A stretch of DNA of 32,000 nucleotides from Desulfocapsa sulfexigens DSM 10523 (GCF_000341395.1 NC_020304.1:1980001-2012000); one strand, 5' to 3'. Positions 10,080-18,212 are shown, counted from the stretch's first letter. Notes: generated from the sequence alone by a model not told the origin. A program made the numbers and translations.

Positions 10080-10292
10080 ATGATAGAGCAAAGTGAAGGC
10101 TCAGTTGATAATGGTAAAAAAGGAATTAGTTCCTCCATGCCTCCTAAAAAATTAGAGTATTCAAAATCTATTCTTATTAATCATGGGTCTGTTGTGAGGC
10201 TAACTGCTGGATGTGCGGGTTCAGGGGCCGATTCTGGTACATATAGTGAGAGTTCATTTATTGGTCCCGATGGTTCATGTCAGTCAACTTGA
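10080..10292 (+). CDS. Putative lasso peptide precursor (43-aa leader, 27-aa core)
   Basis: MIEQSEGSVDNGKKGISSSMPPKKLEYSKSILINHGSVVRLTA|GCAGSGADSGTYSESSFIGPDGSCQST. Y-x-x-(S)-x-L recognition-like motif, Thr at -2, Gly1 and Asp8 spaced for an 8-residue macrolactam ring. Adjacent to B1, B2 and C homologs. Upstream GAGTGGGGTG can serve as RBS. Confidence 0.85.
   Translation: MIEQSEGSVDNGKKGISSSMPPKKLEYSKSILINHGSVVRLTAGCAGSGADSGTYSESSFIGPDGSCQST
10209..10289 (+). other. Predicted core-peptide coding region of the lasso precursor
   Basis: Codons 44-70, gga tgt gcg ggt tca ggg gcc gat ... tgt cag tca act, immediately after LTA. Confidence 0.75.
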
Positions 10293-10322
10293 TTCTTGTT
10301 GTTAATATGTAGTCACAAAGAG

Positions 10323-10357
10323 AAAGTCGAAACAGGGTATCTGTTTCGACTTTTTTT
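10323..10357 (+). terminator. Rho-independent terminator of the precursor gene
   Basis: AAAGTCGAAACAG-GGTAT-CTGTTTCGACTTT: perfect 13-bp stem, 5-nt loop, T-run. Confidence 0.95.
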
Positions 10358-10380
10358 GTGTAAAGTGGTTTTCACCTGTC

Positions 10381-12246
10381 TTATCTTGTGGATTTTACCC
10401 ACGTCTCAAGTGCTAGTGCAAACCAAATTTCCCAGTTTTTATTCCCTCTGTGAAAGGCGTTTTCTTTAAATGCTTTTTGTTTATCATTAAGAGCAGACAG
10501 GAATTTGTCTTGTTCTATCCATCCAACTTCTGAAGATAACATCTTTTCACTTTTCTCTGTCAAACTGTAAGAGTCGAAGGCTTTTCCGAAGAAAAACGAG
10601 AAGTCTGCTTTGCTTTGTCGCTTTCGAATTAATTCTGGTAATAAATGATTCTGTTTTTGTCGTAGTATTTTTTTTATCTCTCCTTGGAGGTTGTGTTCGT
10701 ACTCTGGTACAGAGAATGAAAATTCTGCTATTCTTCGGTCAAGGAATGGTGATCTGTATTCAAGTTTTGCAATAGCATGGTATCTATCCATGGTTTCAAG
10801 GAAAAATGTATGAGTTCCCATCGCAATAATCGTGTTCTGCAAAAGGTTTCCTAGATTTGAGGAGGTTGTTCTCTGGTCGGAAAGAAGGATCTTCTCTCGA
10901 ATATTACTACGGTTGACAAAGACTGGTGAAATCCATGCAGGAAAAAGCTTATTATTCTTATTACATAGATTCCTACGAATAGCATGTGGAACCAGTGGCC
11001 ATAAAATGTTGAAGAGAAAACGTTTTATGGTATGGAGTTGGTTTTGGGAAAAGGAATAGCGTAAATGTGAAAACAGTGCTGGATACCTTTTATTTTTCAA
11101 GAGATCCAGGTATGGGAAACCAGATCCGGAAAACCACTCATCCCCACCAATGCCGGAGAGTAGAATCCTGGAACCACTATTGGTAACTTGTTTGATCAGT
11201 GCATTACGCATTGAAATATTTGGTATGTCTGGTGGTTCATACGTTTTGTGAACTTGCTTTTGCCATTGAGGTTCGTTGAAGTGTTGTGAATCTATCAAGT
11301 TTACTGAAATATTGTGCTCTTTGGAGACGGCAAGAATATACAAACTCTCGTCAAAAGGTAAGCCTGGGAAAACCATTCCATACACTACGGGGGCTGGTTT
11401 GTTTTTGAGTCTCAAAATATTGTGTGCCATGCCAACGACACATGAAGAGTCTAATCCACCGCTAAGCTCAATGCTTATGGGTGTCGAACTCCTGAGCCTG
11501 CTGGTCACTGATTTATTAAAAATCTCCAGGAAATGATTGGTGTAGTCCTCAGATTTTTTGTAATAGATTTGCTTAGTCGAGTTAAATGACCAATATCTGT
11601 GGCTGGTAAGACCTTGGTGTGAAACGGTTAGGTAGTGACCAGGAGAGAGACGATTAATCCCTTGGAACAAGGTTTCAGTTTTACTGCAAAAAGAAAAGAA
11701 GAGATATTCAGCCACCATTCCTTCGTTTGGCGATAGAATGACATCCGGATGTTCAGCCAGCTGCTTAATCTCGGAACTGAAAAGAAATTGCTCTGGAGTG
11801 AAGTGGTAATAAAATGGTTTGACTCCAATATAATCCCTGACGCAAATTAATTGTTGTTTCAGTGGATCCCACAGGGCAAAAGCAAAATCACCCAATAGGT
11901 GTAGAAATCCATCTACACCCCATTTTTTATACGTATATATTATGAGTTGGCTGTCTGGTAAGGAACTGCTTTGCCGTATACCAAGCTTGTTGAACAATTC
12001 TTCTCGGTTGTCAATTCGAGCATCGGCGGTAATTACGAGACCAGTTTCCGAGTCAGTGTGTGGTAATATTTCGGTTAGTGATTCCGGTGTAGTGTGCAGC
12101 ATGCTGTGGCCAAAGCCGATATGCTCTTGAATTAATGTATTTGTCCCGTCAGGACCACGGTGAGCACTGCTTTTCGCCATTCCTTGCAGGTGCGATGGAT
12201 TAATTGGTCGATTGTCCGAGTGATATATTCCGAAAATGCCACTCAT
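10381..12246 (-). CDS. Asparagine synthase-like lasso peptide cyclase (C protein)
   Basis: 621 aa. MSGIFGIYHSDNRPI N-terminal domain with Ser instead of the nucleophilic Cys2, GHSMLH, and PPi-loop ISIELSGGLDSSCV. Start overlaps the stop of the upstream kinase-like gene (ATGA). Confidence 0.88.
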   Translation of the reverse strand: MSGIFGIYHSDNRPINPSHLQGMAKSSAHRGPDGTNTLIQEHIGFGHSMLHTTPESLTEILPHTDSETGLVITADARIDNREELFNKLGIRQSSSLPDSQLIIYTYKKWGVDGFLHLLGDFAFALWDPLKQQLICVRDYIGVKPFYYHFTPEQFLFSSEIKQLAEHPDVILSPNEGMVAEYLFFSFCSKTETLFQGINRLSPGHYLTVSHQGLTSHRYWSFNSTKQIYYKKSEDYTNHFLEIFNKSVTSRLRSSTPISIELSGGLDSSCVVGMAHNILRLKNKPAPVVYGMVFPGLPFDESLYILAVSKEHNISVNLIDSQHFNEPQWQKQVHKTYEPPDIPNISMRNALIKQVTNSGSRILLSGIGGDEWFSGSGFPYLDLLKNKRYPALFSHLRYSFSQNQLHTIKRFLFNILWPLVPHAIRRNLCNKNNKLFPAWISPVFVNRSNIREKILLSDQRTTSSNLGNLLQNTIIAMGTHTFFLETMDRYHAIAKLEYRSPFLDRRIAEFSFSVPEYEHNLQGEIKKILRQKQNHLLPELIRKRQSKADFSFFFGKAFDSYSLTEKSEKMLSSEVGWIEQDKFLSALNDKQKAFKENAFHRGNKNWEIWFALALETWVKSTR

Positions 12247-13205
12247 AGTGTGGTGTCAACTTTATTTGTTGTAGAGATTTTGATGATGGTTTTCATAATT
12301 TCTGGGAGTGATTGAATGGTGCGAGGGTATTTGAGGCGGTAAAATTGAGTTGAACTGTTTTTGATTAGTTCTGCAAGATTAGTTAATTGTGTAGTAGTTT
12401 GTTTTGAGTCTGTAATGTCCAATGGAAAACAGTGTTTGATGAGTTCGATGAGGGCTGATGCCCTTGGGATGGGTTCCAGGGAAATTGATGAGGTATTATA
12501 TTGTTGCTCAGGGTCATTTAGGAAAAATATGGTGGAAATGGGAATCGATTGCTTCTGGTTACTTTTCGAAACTGTAACTCTTCTTTTGGGGGCGTAGTGG
12601 CAGACAGCAGTGGTTTTGTTTTGTGATGCAGGAAGTAAGGTGAGGCTGTCGCTAAGAAGTCGTAAGCCCTGGTAGCTTGGAATACCTACCATGGTGGAAT
12701 TATTCGTTTCAAGAAGAAGGCAGTCGTCAGTTATCAGAGTGTGTCCCTGTCCATAAAGGTATGCAGCAAGAGTAGATTTTCCCCAACCAGATTCTCCACA
12801 GAAACCGACTAAAGAATCTCCGATTTGTACGCAACTGGCATGAATAATAAGCTGCCCTTTGTGGCTGAGTAAACGTGGAATGGTTTGGTCAAGAAGCAGG
12901 TGGCGTAGGGTGTTGTCAGGCATGCCAGTGTTGCAATATGATTTGATCTTGTTGGTTTCAGGTTCAATCTTGAAGTCGACAAGTTGTGGAAAACGGAGCC
13001 AGTAATATTCCTTTTCTTTTCCAACAGAAATGGAGATTTTTCCGTTGGACAGTCGCCAGTGATGGCGCCAGTCGATACCTGTTCTGGTAGCTTTAGAGTT
13101 GTTTGATGACTCAAAAAAAAGAGTAGGCAGGGAGTTGTCGCGTATTTGCAGTTCAGGAAGTGGGATATTGCTCTCGATGATGTGGTGAAATACTGAATAT
13201 CTCAA
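12243..13205 (-). CDS. HPr kinase/phosphorylase-related protein (lasso cluster kinase-like)
   Basis: 320 aa. Walker A LVGFCGESGWGKSTLAAYLYGQGHTLITDDCLLLE with the following DD typical of HprK-type P-loops. Confidence 0.82.
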   Translation of the reverse strand: MRYSVFHHIIESNIPLPELQIRDNSLPTLFFESSNNSKATRTGIDWRHHWRLSNGKISISVGKEKEYYWLRFPQLVDFKIEPETNKIKSYCNTGMPDNTLRHLLLDQTIPRLLSHKGQLIIHASCVQIGDSLVGFCGESGWGKSTLAAYLYGQGHTLITDDCLLLETNNSTMVGIPSYQGLRLLSDSLTLLPASQNKTTAVCHYAPKRRVTVSKSNQKQSIPISTIFFLNDPEQQYNTSSISLEPIPRASALIELIKHCFPLDITDSKQTTTQLTNLAELIKNSSTQFYRLKYPRTIQSLPEIMKTIIKISTTNKVDTTL

Positions 13206-13271
13206 TGGTTTGTTGCTGCTAGAGCTGATTTGTCATCTTTGTACATAAGAGATCAAAGAATGTAATATTTT

Positions 13272-13547
13272 TTAGGAAGGGGAGATAAGCCCAGCATCCA
13301 GTAACTGTTGCAGGAGCTCAGTAATGTCAATTTCCAGCTGTTGTTTTCCTATTTCATAAATACTCAAAAGGTGGCTTACGAGACTATCAAGGTTTGAGCC
13401 ATCTTGAAGCATTTCCAGTACATGACTGCCAACATCATTGAGGCCAAAGTAGTTCTCACTTTTCATGTCGAGTAAAACTGTTTCTCCATCAATCTCCTGC
13501 CTGAGAACATCTTTTGACAATTTGTATACTTGAGTTTTTATAATCAT
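13272..13547 (-). CDS. PqqD-family RiPP recognition element protein (lasso B1/E)
   Basis: 91 aa. LRQEIDGETVLLDMKSENYFGLNDVGSHVLEMLQDG is a classic PqqD-like beta-strand and helix pattern. Confidence 0.88.
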   Translation of the reverse strand: MIIKTQVYKLSKDVLRQEIDGETVLLDMKSENYFGLNDVGSHVLEMLQDGSNLDSLVSHLLSIYEIGKQQLEIDITELLQQLLDAGLISPS

Positions 13548-13679
13548 AATTTTGAAAGGAAACTTTTAATCTATATTACATGAAGTTTTTATATAAGAAT
13601 ATAGTGAGATATCGATATGTTATTTCTCTGGTGAATGCCGTCTGACCAGACTTTTACTAAATATTTTTGATGCAGTATT

Positions 13680-14129
13680 TTACCATTTGAAGACTGATAT
13701 TACCGTGTATAATTCGTGTTCAGCGGCTCCTGTTACAATCTTGCTGCCACACTGAGACCATGCATGAGCCTCTAATCCTTTGTTTGACAACTTGTCTTTT
13801 ACTATCCCAACATAGAGTACACCAGGGAGATTGTATCTGTAAAGCATTCGATGTGCTGTTAGGGCCTGTACCAGGCAAGTGCTTTTCCAGGGAGTATATA
13901 GGACGGCTCTATTTATTGCTCTACTTACCAAATGAACGCTGCTCATTTCTGTTTGGGATAGAAGAGGGAGTTGCCTGATACTTTTCTGCTGATCAAGCGA
14001 GCGCGTAAGTAGCTTGAAGGGGAGTGTTAAGAGAGCAAAACGCATAATACCAAGAATTACAAAAGCCTGTAAAAAAAGTTTTTTTTCTTCGAATGATAGT
14101 TTGTTGAATTTATGAATTTTAGTGACCAT
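13680..14129 (-). CDS. Transglutaminase-like lasso leader peptidase (B2)
   Basis: 149 aa. Cys motif TPWKSTCLVQALTAHRML and His motif GLEAHAWSQCGSKIVTG match lasso biosynthesis B2 proteins. Confidence 0.88.
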   Translation of the reverse strand: MVTKIHKFNKLSFEEKKLFLQAFVILGIMRFALLTLPFKLLTRSLDQQKSIRQLPLLSQTEMSSVHLVSRAINRAVLYTPWKSTCLVQALTAHRMLYRYNLPGVLYVGIVKDKLSNKGLEAHAWSQCGSKIVTGAAEHELYTVISVFKW

Positions 14130-14171
14130 TAATTTTCATAGCTCCATTAAGAGTCTCTTTGTGGATGAAAT

Positions 14172-14995
14172 TTAGTAATGTAAAAGAGAACCTTCGTTTT
14201 TTGCTACTTTTAAACCATAATAAATGGAAACAAAACCAGTCGCTAATGAAACTATAGAGAGTATGGCGAGGAATAGAAGCTGATTATGTACATCAATAAT
14301 TCCTGCCCCATTTAAGAGTATCTGGCGTATCGCCTCCAGTCCATGGGTGATTGGAAGTATCACCGAGAATGGTTTGAGCCAACCTGGTAGTACGGTTACC
14401 GGATACATTACTCCACCAAGCAATCCAGAACTCATAATCATTAACCCACCGATCGGATTACCCTGTTTGAAGACAATTATAAAAGCGGCCGAGACAAGGC
14501 CAATACCAAAAAAAGGGAGTAGTGTGAGCAGAAATGCCAGAGACAATGCGATAATGTTCACTGATTGTATCGACATATCAAAGAGGTAAATACCTACAAG
14601 AATATAAAAGAAAATTCGGAAGCTGGTGGAAAAAAGCTTGTACACATAGGAGGACAGTAAAATAGTGATGATGGATGTTGGGGTTACCAGAAGTGATTCA
14701 AGGGTACCAACAACCTGCGAGGTGCGAATTTCGTTGGCAAATGTGTTGGTAGAGATGGTGAAGTAATCTGAAAGTGCTATTCCAATGATTACAAAAGAAA
14801 AATAATCACCACCATAGGGTTCCAGTTGAGAGACTTGGTTGCCCTCAAACATTTTAGATAGAAGAAAAATGAAAAGGTAGTGAGTATAATACCAAACCCC
14901 TGTGTTGCATATTGCATGCGGTAGCTGGTCGCAATTTTGAAATCCCGCTTGAAAAAAGCGAAAGGTTTTGCAAAAAGTGTTGGCCTTGCCCTCAT
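14172..14995 (-). pseudogene. ABC-2 type transporter permease, frame-disrupted near 14850
   Basis: Two ORFs (14789..14995 and 14172..14852) give one coherent protein if joined: MRARPTLFAKPFAFFKRDFKIATSYRMQYATQGFGIILTTFSFFFYL / SKMFEGNQVSQLEPYGGDYFSFVIIGIAL... A single-nucleotide change would restore the frame. May be an assembly or sequencing error rather than a true pseudogene. Confidence 0.75.
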
Positions 14996-15819
14996 ATTGA
15001 ATTGTCCCTAGTGGTATTTATGCCTGCTCCAGCAAGTGGTGAATTCTGAAAAAAGTCAACCAGGTTGCTGAATGCCAGTTCAATGTTCTGGGAACCAGAG
15101 TCTGACATCTCTTCTAATTTTCCACTGTAAAGAACCTTTCCTTTATGGAGTATGGTCGCATGATCACATATCTCTTCAGCTTCATGGAGATTATGTGTAC
15201 ACCAGATAATAGTTTTTTGTTCCTGTCGGGCAAGGGTCTCTTTAGTGAAAGTGAGGAGCTTTCTGGTGGCAATGGGATCGAGACTGGTAGTGGCCTCGTC
15301 CATAAGGAGAACTTCTGGATCAGAAAGCATGGCTCTTGCAATTGCCAGGCGCTGTTTCTGGCCGGAAGAATAAGACATGAATCGAGAATCGGCTTTGTCC
15401 TCCATTCCAGTGAGTTGCAAGGCTTTGTTGATTCGTTCAGCCTTTACTGAGCCATGTAAATTATAGAGTGTGGCAAAAAAATCGAGATTTTCACGTCCGG
15501 TAAGCCGCCAGTAGAAAGTTCGGTCATTCGTGCTGACCAGCCCAATTTTATTTCTGATTGCCAGAGATTGTGTGGCCAGGGAGAGTCCTGAAATTGATCC
15601 TTCACCACTGTCAGGGGTAACCAGAGTGGAAAGAATTTTGATAAGTGTTGTCTTGCCGGCACCATTTGGTCCAAGTAAACCCATGATTGTTCCTTTTTCA
15701 ACTGTCAGGGAGACGTTGTCAAGAGCAAGGGTTTGACGGGGCTTGCGAAACAAAAATGTCTTCCAGTTTCGTTCAGTAAAGGTTTTTGAAATATTATGGA
15801 GCTCAATTGCTGGAAGCAT
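14992..15819 (-). CDS. ABC-2 type transporter ATP-binding protein
   Basis: Walker A GLLGPNGAGKTTLIKIL, signature YSSGQKQRLAIARAM, Walker B VLLMDEATTSLDP. Overlaps the permease start by 4 nt. Confidence 0.92.
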   Translation of the reverse strand: MLPAIELHNISKTFTERNWKTFLFRKPRQTLALDNVSLTVEKGTIMGLLGPNGAGKTTLIKILSTLVTPDSGEGSISGLSLATQSLAIRNKIGLVSTNDRTFYWRLTGRENLDFFATLYNLHGSVKAERINKALQLTGMEDKADSRFMSYSSGQKQRLAIARAMLSDPEVLLMDEATTSLDPIATRKLLTFTKETLARQEQKTIIWCTHNLHEAEEICDHATILHKGKVLYSGKLEEMSDSGSQNIELAFSNLVDFFQNSPLAGAGINTTRDNSI

Positions 15820-15993
15820 ATAATTATGTCAGGAAGGTAGTGTGCGAGAAAAATGATCTGGCGAATTATACGTGACAGCGAAGGGGATGTAAACAGGAAT
15901 AGGTAGATTGTAGCAAGAGCGAAGGGCAATACAATCCCCCTTTTCCAAAAAAAATGAAAAGGGGGCCAGGTGATTGTCAGGTTGGTTGGAAAG

Positions 15994-16248
15994 TTACTCT
16001 ACGGTGATTTCCTTAGAGAGTTTCTCAAAAACTTTTTGACCTATCCCTTTTACCTGTACGATATCTTGGGGAGATTTGAAATTTCCATTATCTTTACGGT
16101 ACTGCACTATTGCGGCAGCTTTTGCTTCACCAATCCCGGGAAGTGTGGCCAATGTTTTCTCATCGGCGGTGTTAATGTTAATGGCAGCAATTGCTATATT
16201 TACGGTTAGGAATAAGAGGGTTAATAAGAGTAGTATCGTTTTCTTCAT
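15994..16248 (-). CDS. ComEA-like helix-hairpin-helix protein
   Basis: Signal peptide MKKTILLLLTLLFLTVNIAIA followed by ININTADEKTLATLPGIGEAKAAAIVQYRKDNGNFKSPQDIVQVKGIGQKVFEKL. Start placed at Met16 of the ORF-track translation. Confidence 0.88.
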   Translation of the reverse strand: MKKTILLLLTLLFLTVNIAIAAININTADEKTLATLPGIGEAKAAAIVQYRKDNGNFKSPQDIVQVKGIGQKVFEKLSKEITVE

Positions 16249-16491
16249 GACGGTCTCCTTTTCTGTAACATTATAGTTTATAAGTACTTTCACCTGTTTT
16301 CAGAAGGGAGCCTATCATTGAGGTGCAGTCTTTGTCAAATTAAAATGTATGAAAAAAATACATACAATTTAGTGATAGGAAGTGTGTGATCTGTAGGGCG
16401 CGAAATTATTAAAAGGATGGAGAAAGTTGGCAGAAAAATAAAAATGAAAATTTATTTGTAATCGGCAAGCTTTGGCGAACAGACCAGGAAC

Positions 16492-17094
16492 TCAATGCAA
16501 AATTATTCCCCGTTCCCGTAGCTCAGCAATAATGTCATTTACACAGTCACGGAGAGGACGTGTCCCTGTGTCGAGTTCAATGTCAGGATTCTCAGGGACT
16601 TCATAGGGGGAGGAGATGCCGGTATAGTTTTTAATCTCACCTGTTCTGGCTTTTTTATACAATCCTTTAACATCACGCTCTTCACATATTTCAAGAGGGC
16701 AGTTGCAGTAAACCTCGATAAGATTTTCAGCACCAATAATCTCTTTTACCCGTTCACGATCAGCCTTTAACGGAGAAATAAAAGCGGTGAGAGAAATAAC
16801 TCCGGAATCAAGAAAAAGATTTACCATTTCAGCGATACGACGCATATTCTCACTACGATCTTCCAGGCTGAACCCAAGGTCACCACATAACCCGTGTCGA
16901 ACATTATCACCGTCAAAAACATAGGTTCTGCACCCCATCAGGTGTAATCGCTCCTCTACTGCATGGGCCAGAGTCGATTTGCCTGAGCCTGAGAGCCCGG
17001 TAAACCAGAGGTTGATACTCATGTGGCCGTTCAGGGTTTCGCGACGTGGACGGCTGACTGCTGCGCGCTGTCGGATTACATGTGGAGAGTGCAT
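16492..17094 (-). CDS. cysC: Adenylylsulfate kinase
   Basis: 200 aa. INLWFTGLSGSGKSTLA, VFDGDNVRHGLCGDLGFSLEDRSENMRRIAEM, VYCNCPLEICEERDVKGLYKKARTGEIKNYTGISSPYE. Confidence 0.94.
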   Translation of the reverse strand: MHSPHVIRQRAAVSRPRRETLNGHMSINLWFTGLSGSGKSTLAHAVEERLHLMGCRTYVFDGDNVRHGLCGDLGFSLEDRSENMRRIAEMVNLFLDSGVISLTAFISPLKADRERVKEIIGAENLIEVYCNCPLEICEERDVKGLYKKARTGEIKNYTGISSPYEVPENPDIELDTGTRPLRDCVNDIIAELRERGIILH

Positions 17095-17143
17095 GGAATG
17101 GGCTGAAGGGTTAAGGTTTTTAGGCTGAAGTAAAGGGAAAATA

Positions 17144-17346
17144 TTAATTTTGACGTAGTGAGCGGATTAGGCCGCTTAATACTTTCTCTATTTCTTCGAT
17201 TTTTGGTTCAATTGATGTTGTATCTTGTTGGTTGATAAAGCCCAAGCGTTTGGAGAGATTTACCTGATATTTTAGTTCTCGTAAAGATCCAAAGGCTATA
17301 GAGAGAAACCGAAGGTAATCCCCGACGGTCTCACGTGCACAGCCCT
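17144..17346 (-). pseudogene. C-terminal remnant of a four-helix-bundle (23S rRNA intervening sequence-type) protein
   Basis: Minus-strand frame reads FVEGCARETVGDYLRFLSIAFGSLRELKYQVNLSKRLGFINQQDTTSIEPKIEEIEKVLSGLIRSLRQN*, resembling the C-terminal half of this family. No start codon or N-terminal half; abuts the end of galU. Confidence 0.7.
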
Positions 17347-18212
17347 CAACAAAACATCTCCTTCAAATAAGGCAACAAAATATCCTTAATCTCAGGGTGT
17401 TCAAGCGCAAATGCAAGGTTCGCCATCTGAAATCCAGCCTTATCGCCACAGTCAAAGCGGGTACCTTCGAAACGATAGCCAAAAATAGGCTGTTCTTTAA
17501 GGAGTTGCGACATGGCATCTGTGAGTTGGATTTCACCCCCAGCACCTTTCCCCTGGCCACCAAGGATGTCAAATATTTTTGGAGTCAGGATATACCGGCC
17601 AATTACCGCCATATTGGATGGTGCTTCTTCAGCAGCCGGTTTCTCGATCATCCCATTTATGCGGAAGGTTGCCTCCGTTGTGGGATTAGCATCAAGAATA
17701 CCATATTTTGAGGTCTCTTCCTTTGGAACCTCAATGACTGCAACGGTAGATGCTCTCAGCCGATCAAATTCCTTAATCATTTGATAGAGTACAGGGGTCT
17801 CGCTTTTGATCAGATCGTCTGCCAGGAGAACGGCAAAGGGCTCGTCCCCGATAATATCTCTAGCACACCAGATCGCGTGGCCAAGACCTAAAGGTTCGCT
17901 CTGTCTGGTGTAAATGATAGTTCCTGACTCAGGCACAAGGGATTCGATTTCTTTTAAAAGTTCAACTTTATGACGATCTTTAAGGGTCTCTTCGAGCTGG
18001 AAGGATCGGTCAAAATGGTTTTCAAGTGCTCCCTTTCCACTGCCAGTGACAAAGATTAATTGTTCAATTCCTGACGCCAACGCCTCTTCAACCGCATATT
18101 GAATAAGAGGCTTATCGACAACGGGCAGCATTTCTTTTGGCATGGCCTTCGTCGCAGGAAGAAAACGAGTACCCAGTCCTGCAACCGGGAAGACAGCTTT
18201 TTTGACTTTCAT
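17346..18212 (-). CDS. galU: UTP--glucose-1-phosphate uridylyltransferase
   Basis: 288 aa. VKKAVFPVAGLGTRFLPATKAMPKEMLPVVDKPLIQYAVEEA, FAVLLADDLI, YILTPKIFDIL, GTRFDCGDKAGFQMANLAFAL. Confidence 0.97.
   Translation of the reverse strand: MKVKKAVFPVAGLGTRFLPATKAMPKEMLPVVDKPLIQYAVEEALASGIEQLIFVTGSGKGALENHFDRSFQLEETLKDRHKVELLKEIESLVPESGTIIYTRQSEPLGLGHAIWCARDIIGDEPFAVLLADDLIKSETPVLYQMIKEFDRLRASTVAVIEVPKEETSKYGILDANPTTEATFRINGMIEKPAAEEAPSNMAVIGRYILTPKIFDILGGQGKGAGGEIQLTDAMSQLLKEQPIFGYRFEGTRFDCGDKAGFQMANLAFALEHPEIKDILLPYLKEMFC

Noticed and set aside
10137-10292. Alternative start for the lasso precursor at Met20 (MPPKKLEYSK...)
   Set aside because: No ribosome binding site precedes it, whereas ATG 10080 follows a purine-rich GAGTGGGG stretch. 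It would still encode the same leader motif and core.
14830-14870. Programmed ribosomal frameshift explanation for the split permease
   Set aside because: No convincing X_XXY_YYZ heptamer with a downstream structure is visible at the junction; mutation or sequence error is simpler.
15936-15965. CCCCCTTTT...AAAAGGGGG inverted repeat between the ABC ATPase and the ComEA-like gene
   Set aside because: Forms a 9-bp stem but lacks a T-tract on either exit side; might be a weak terminator or boundary for the minus-strand genes, not strong enough to list.
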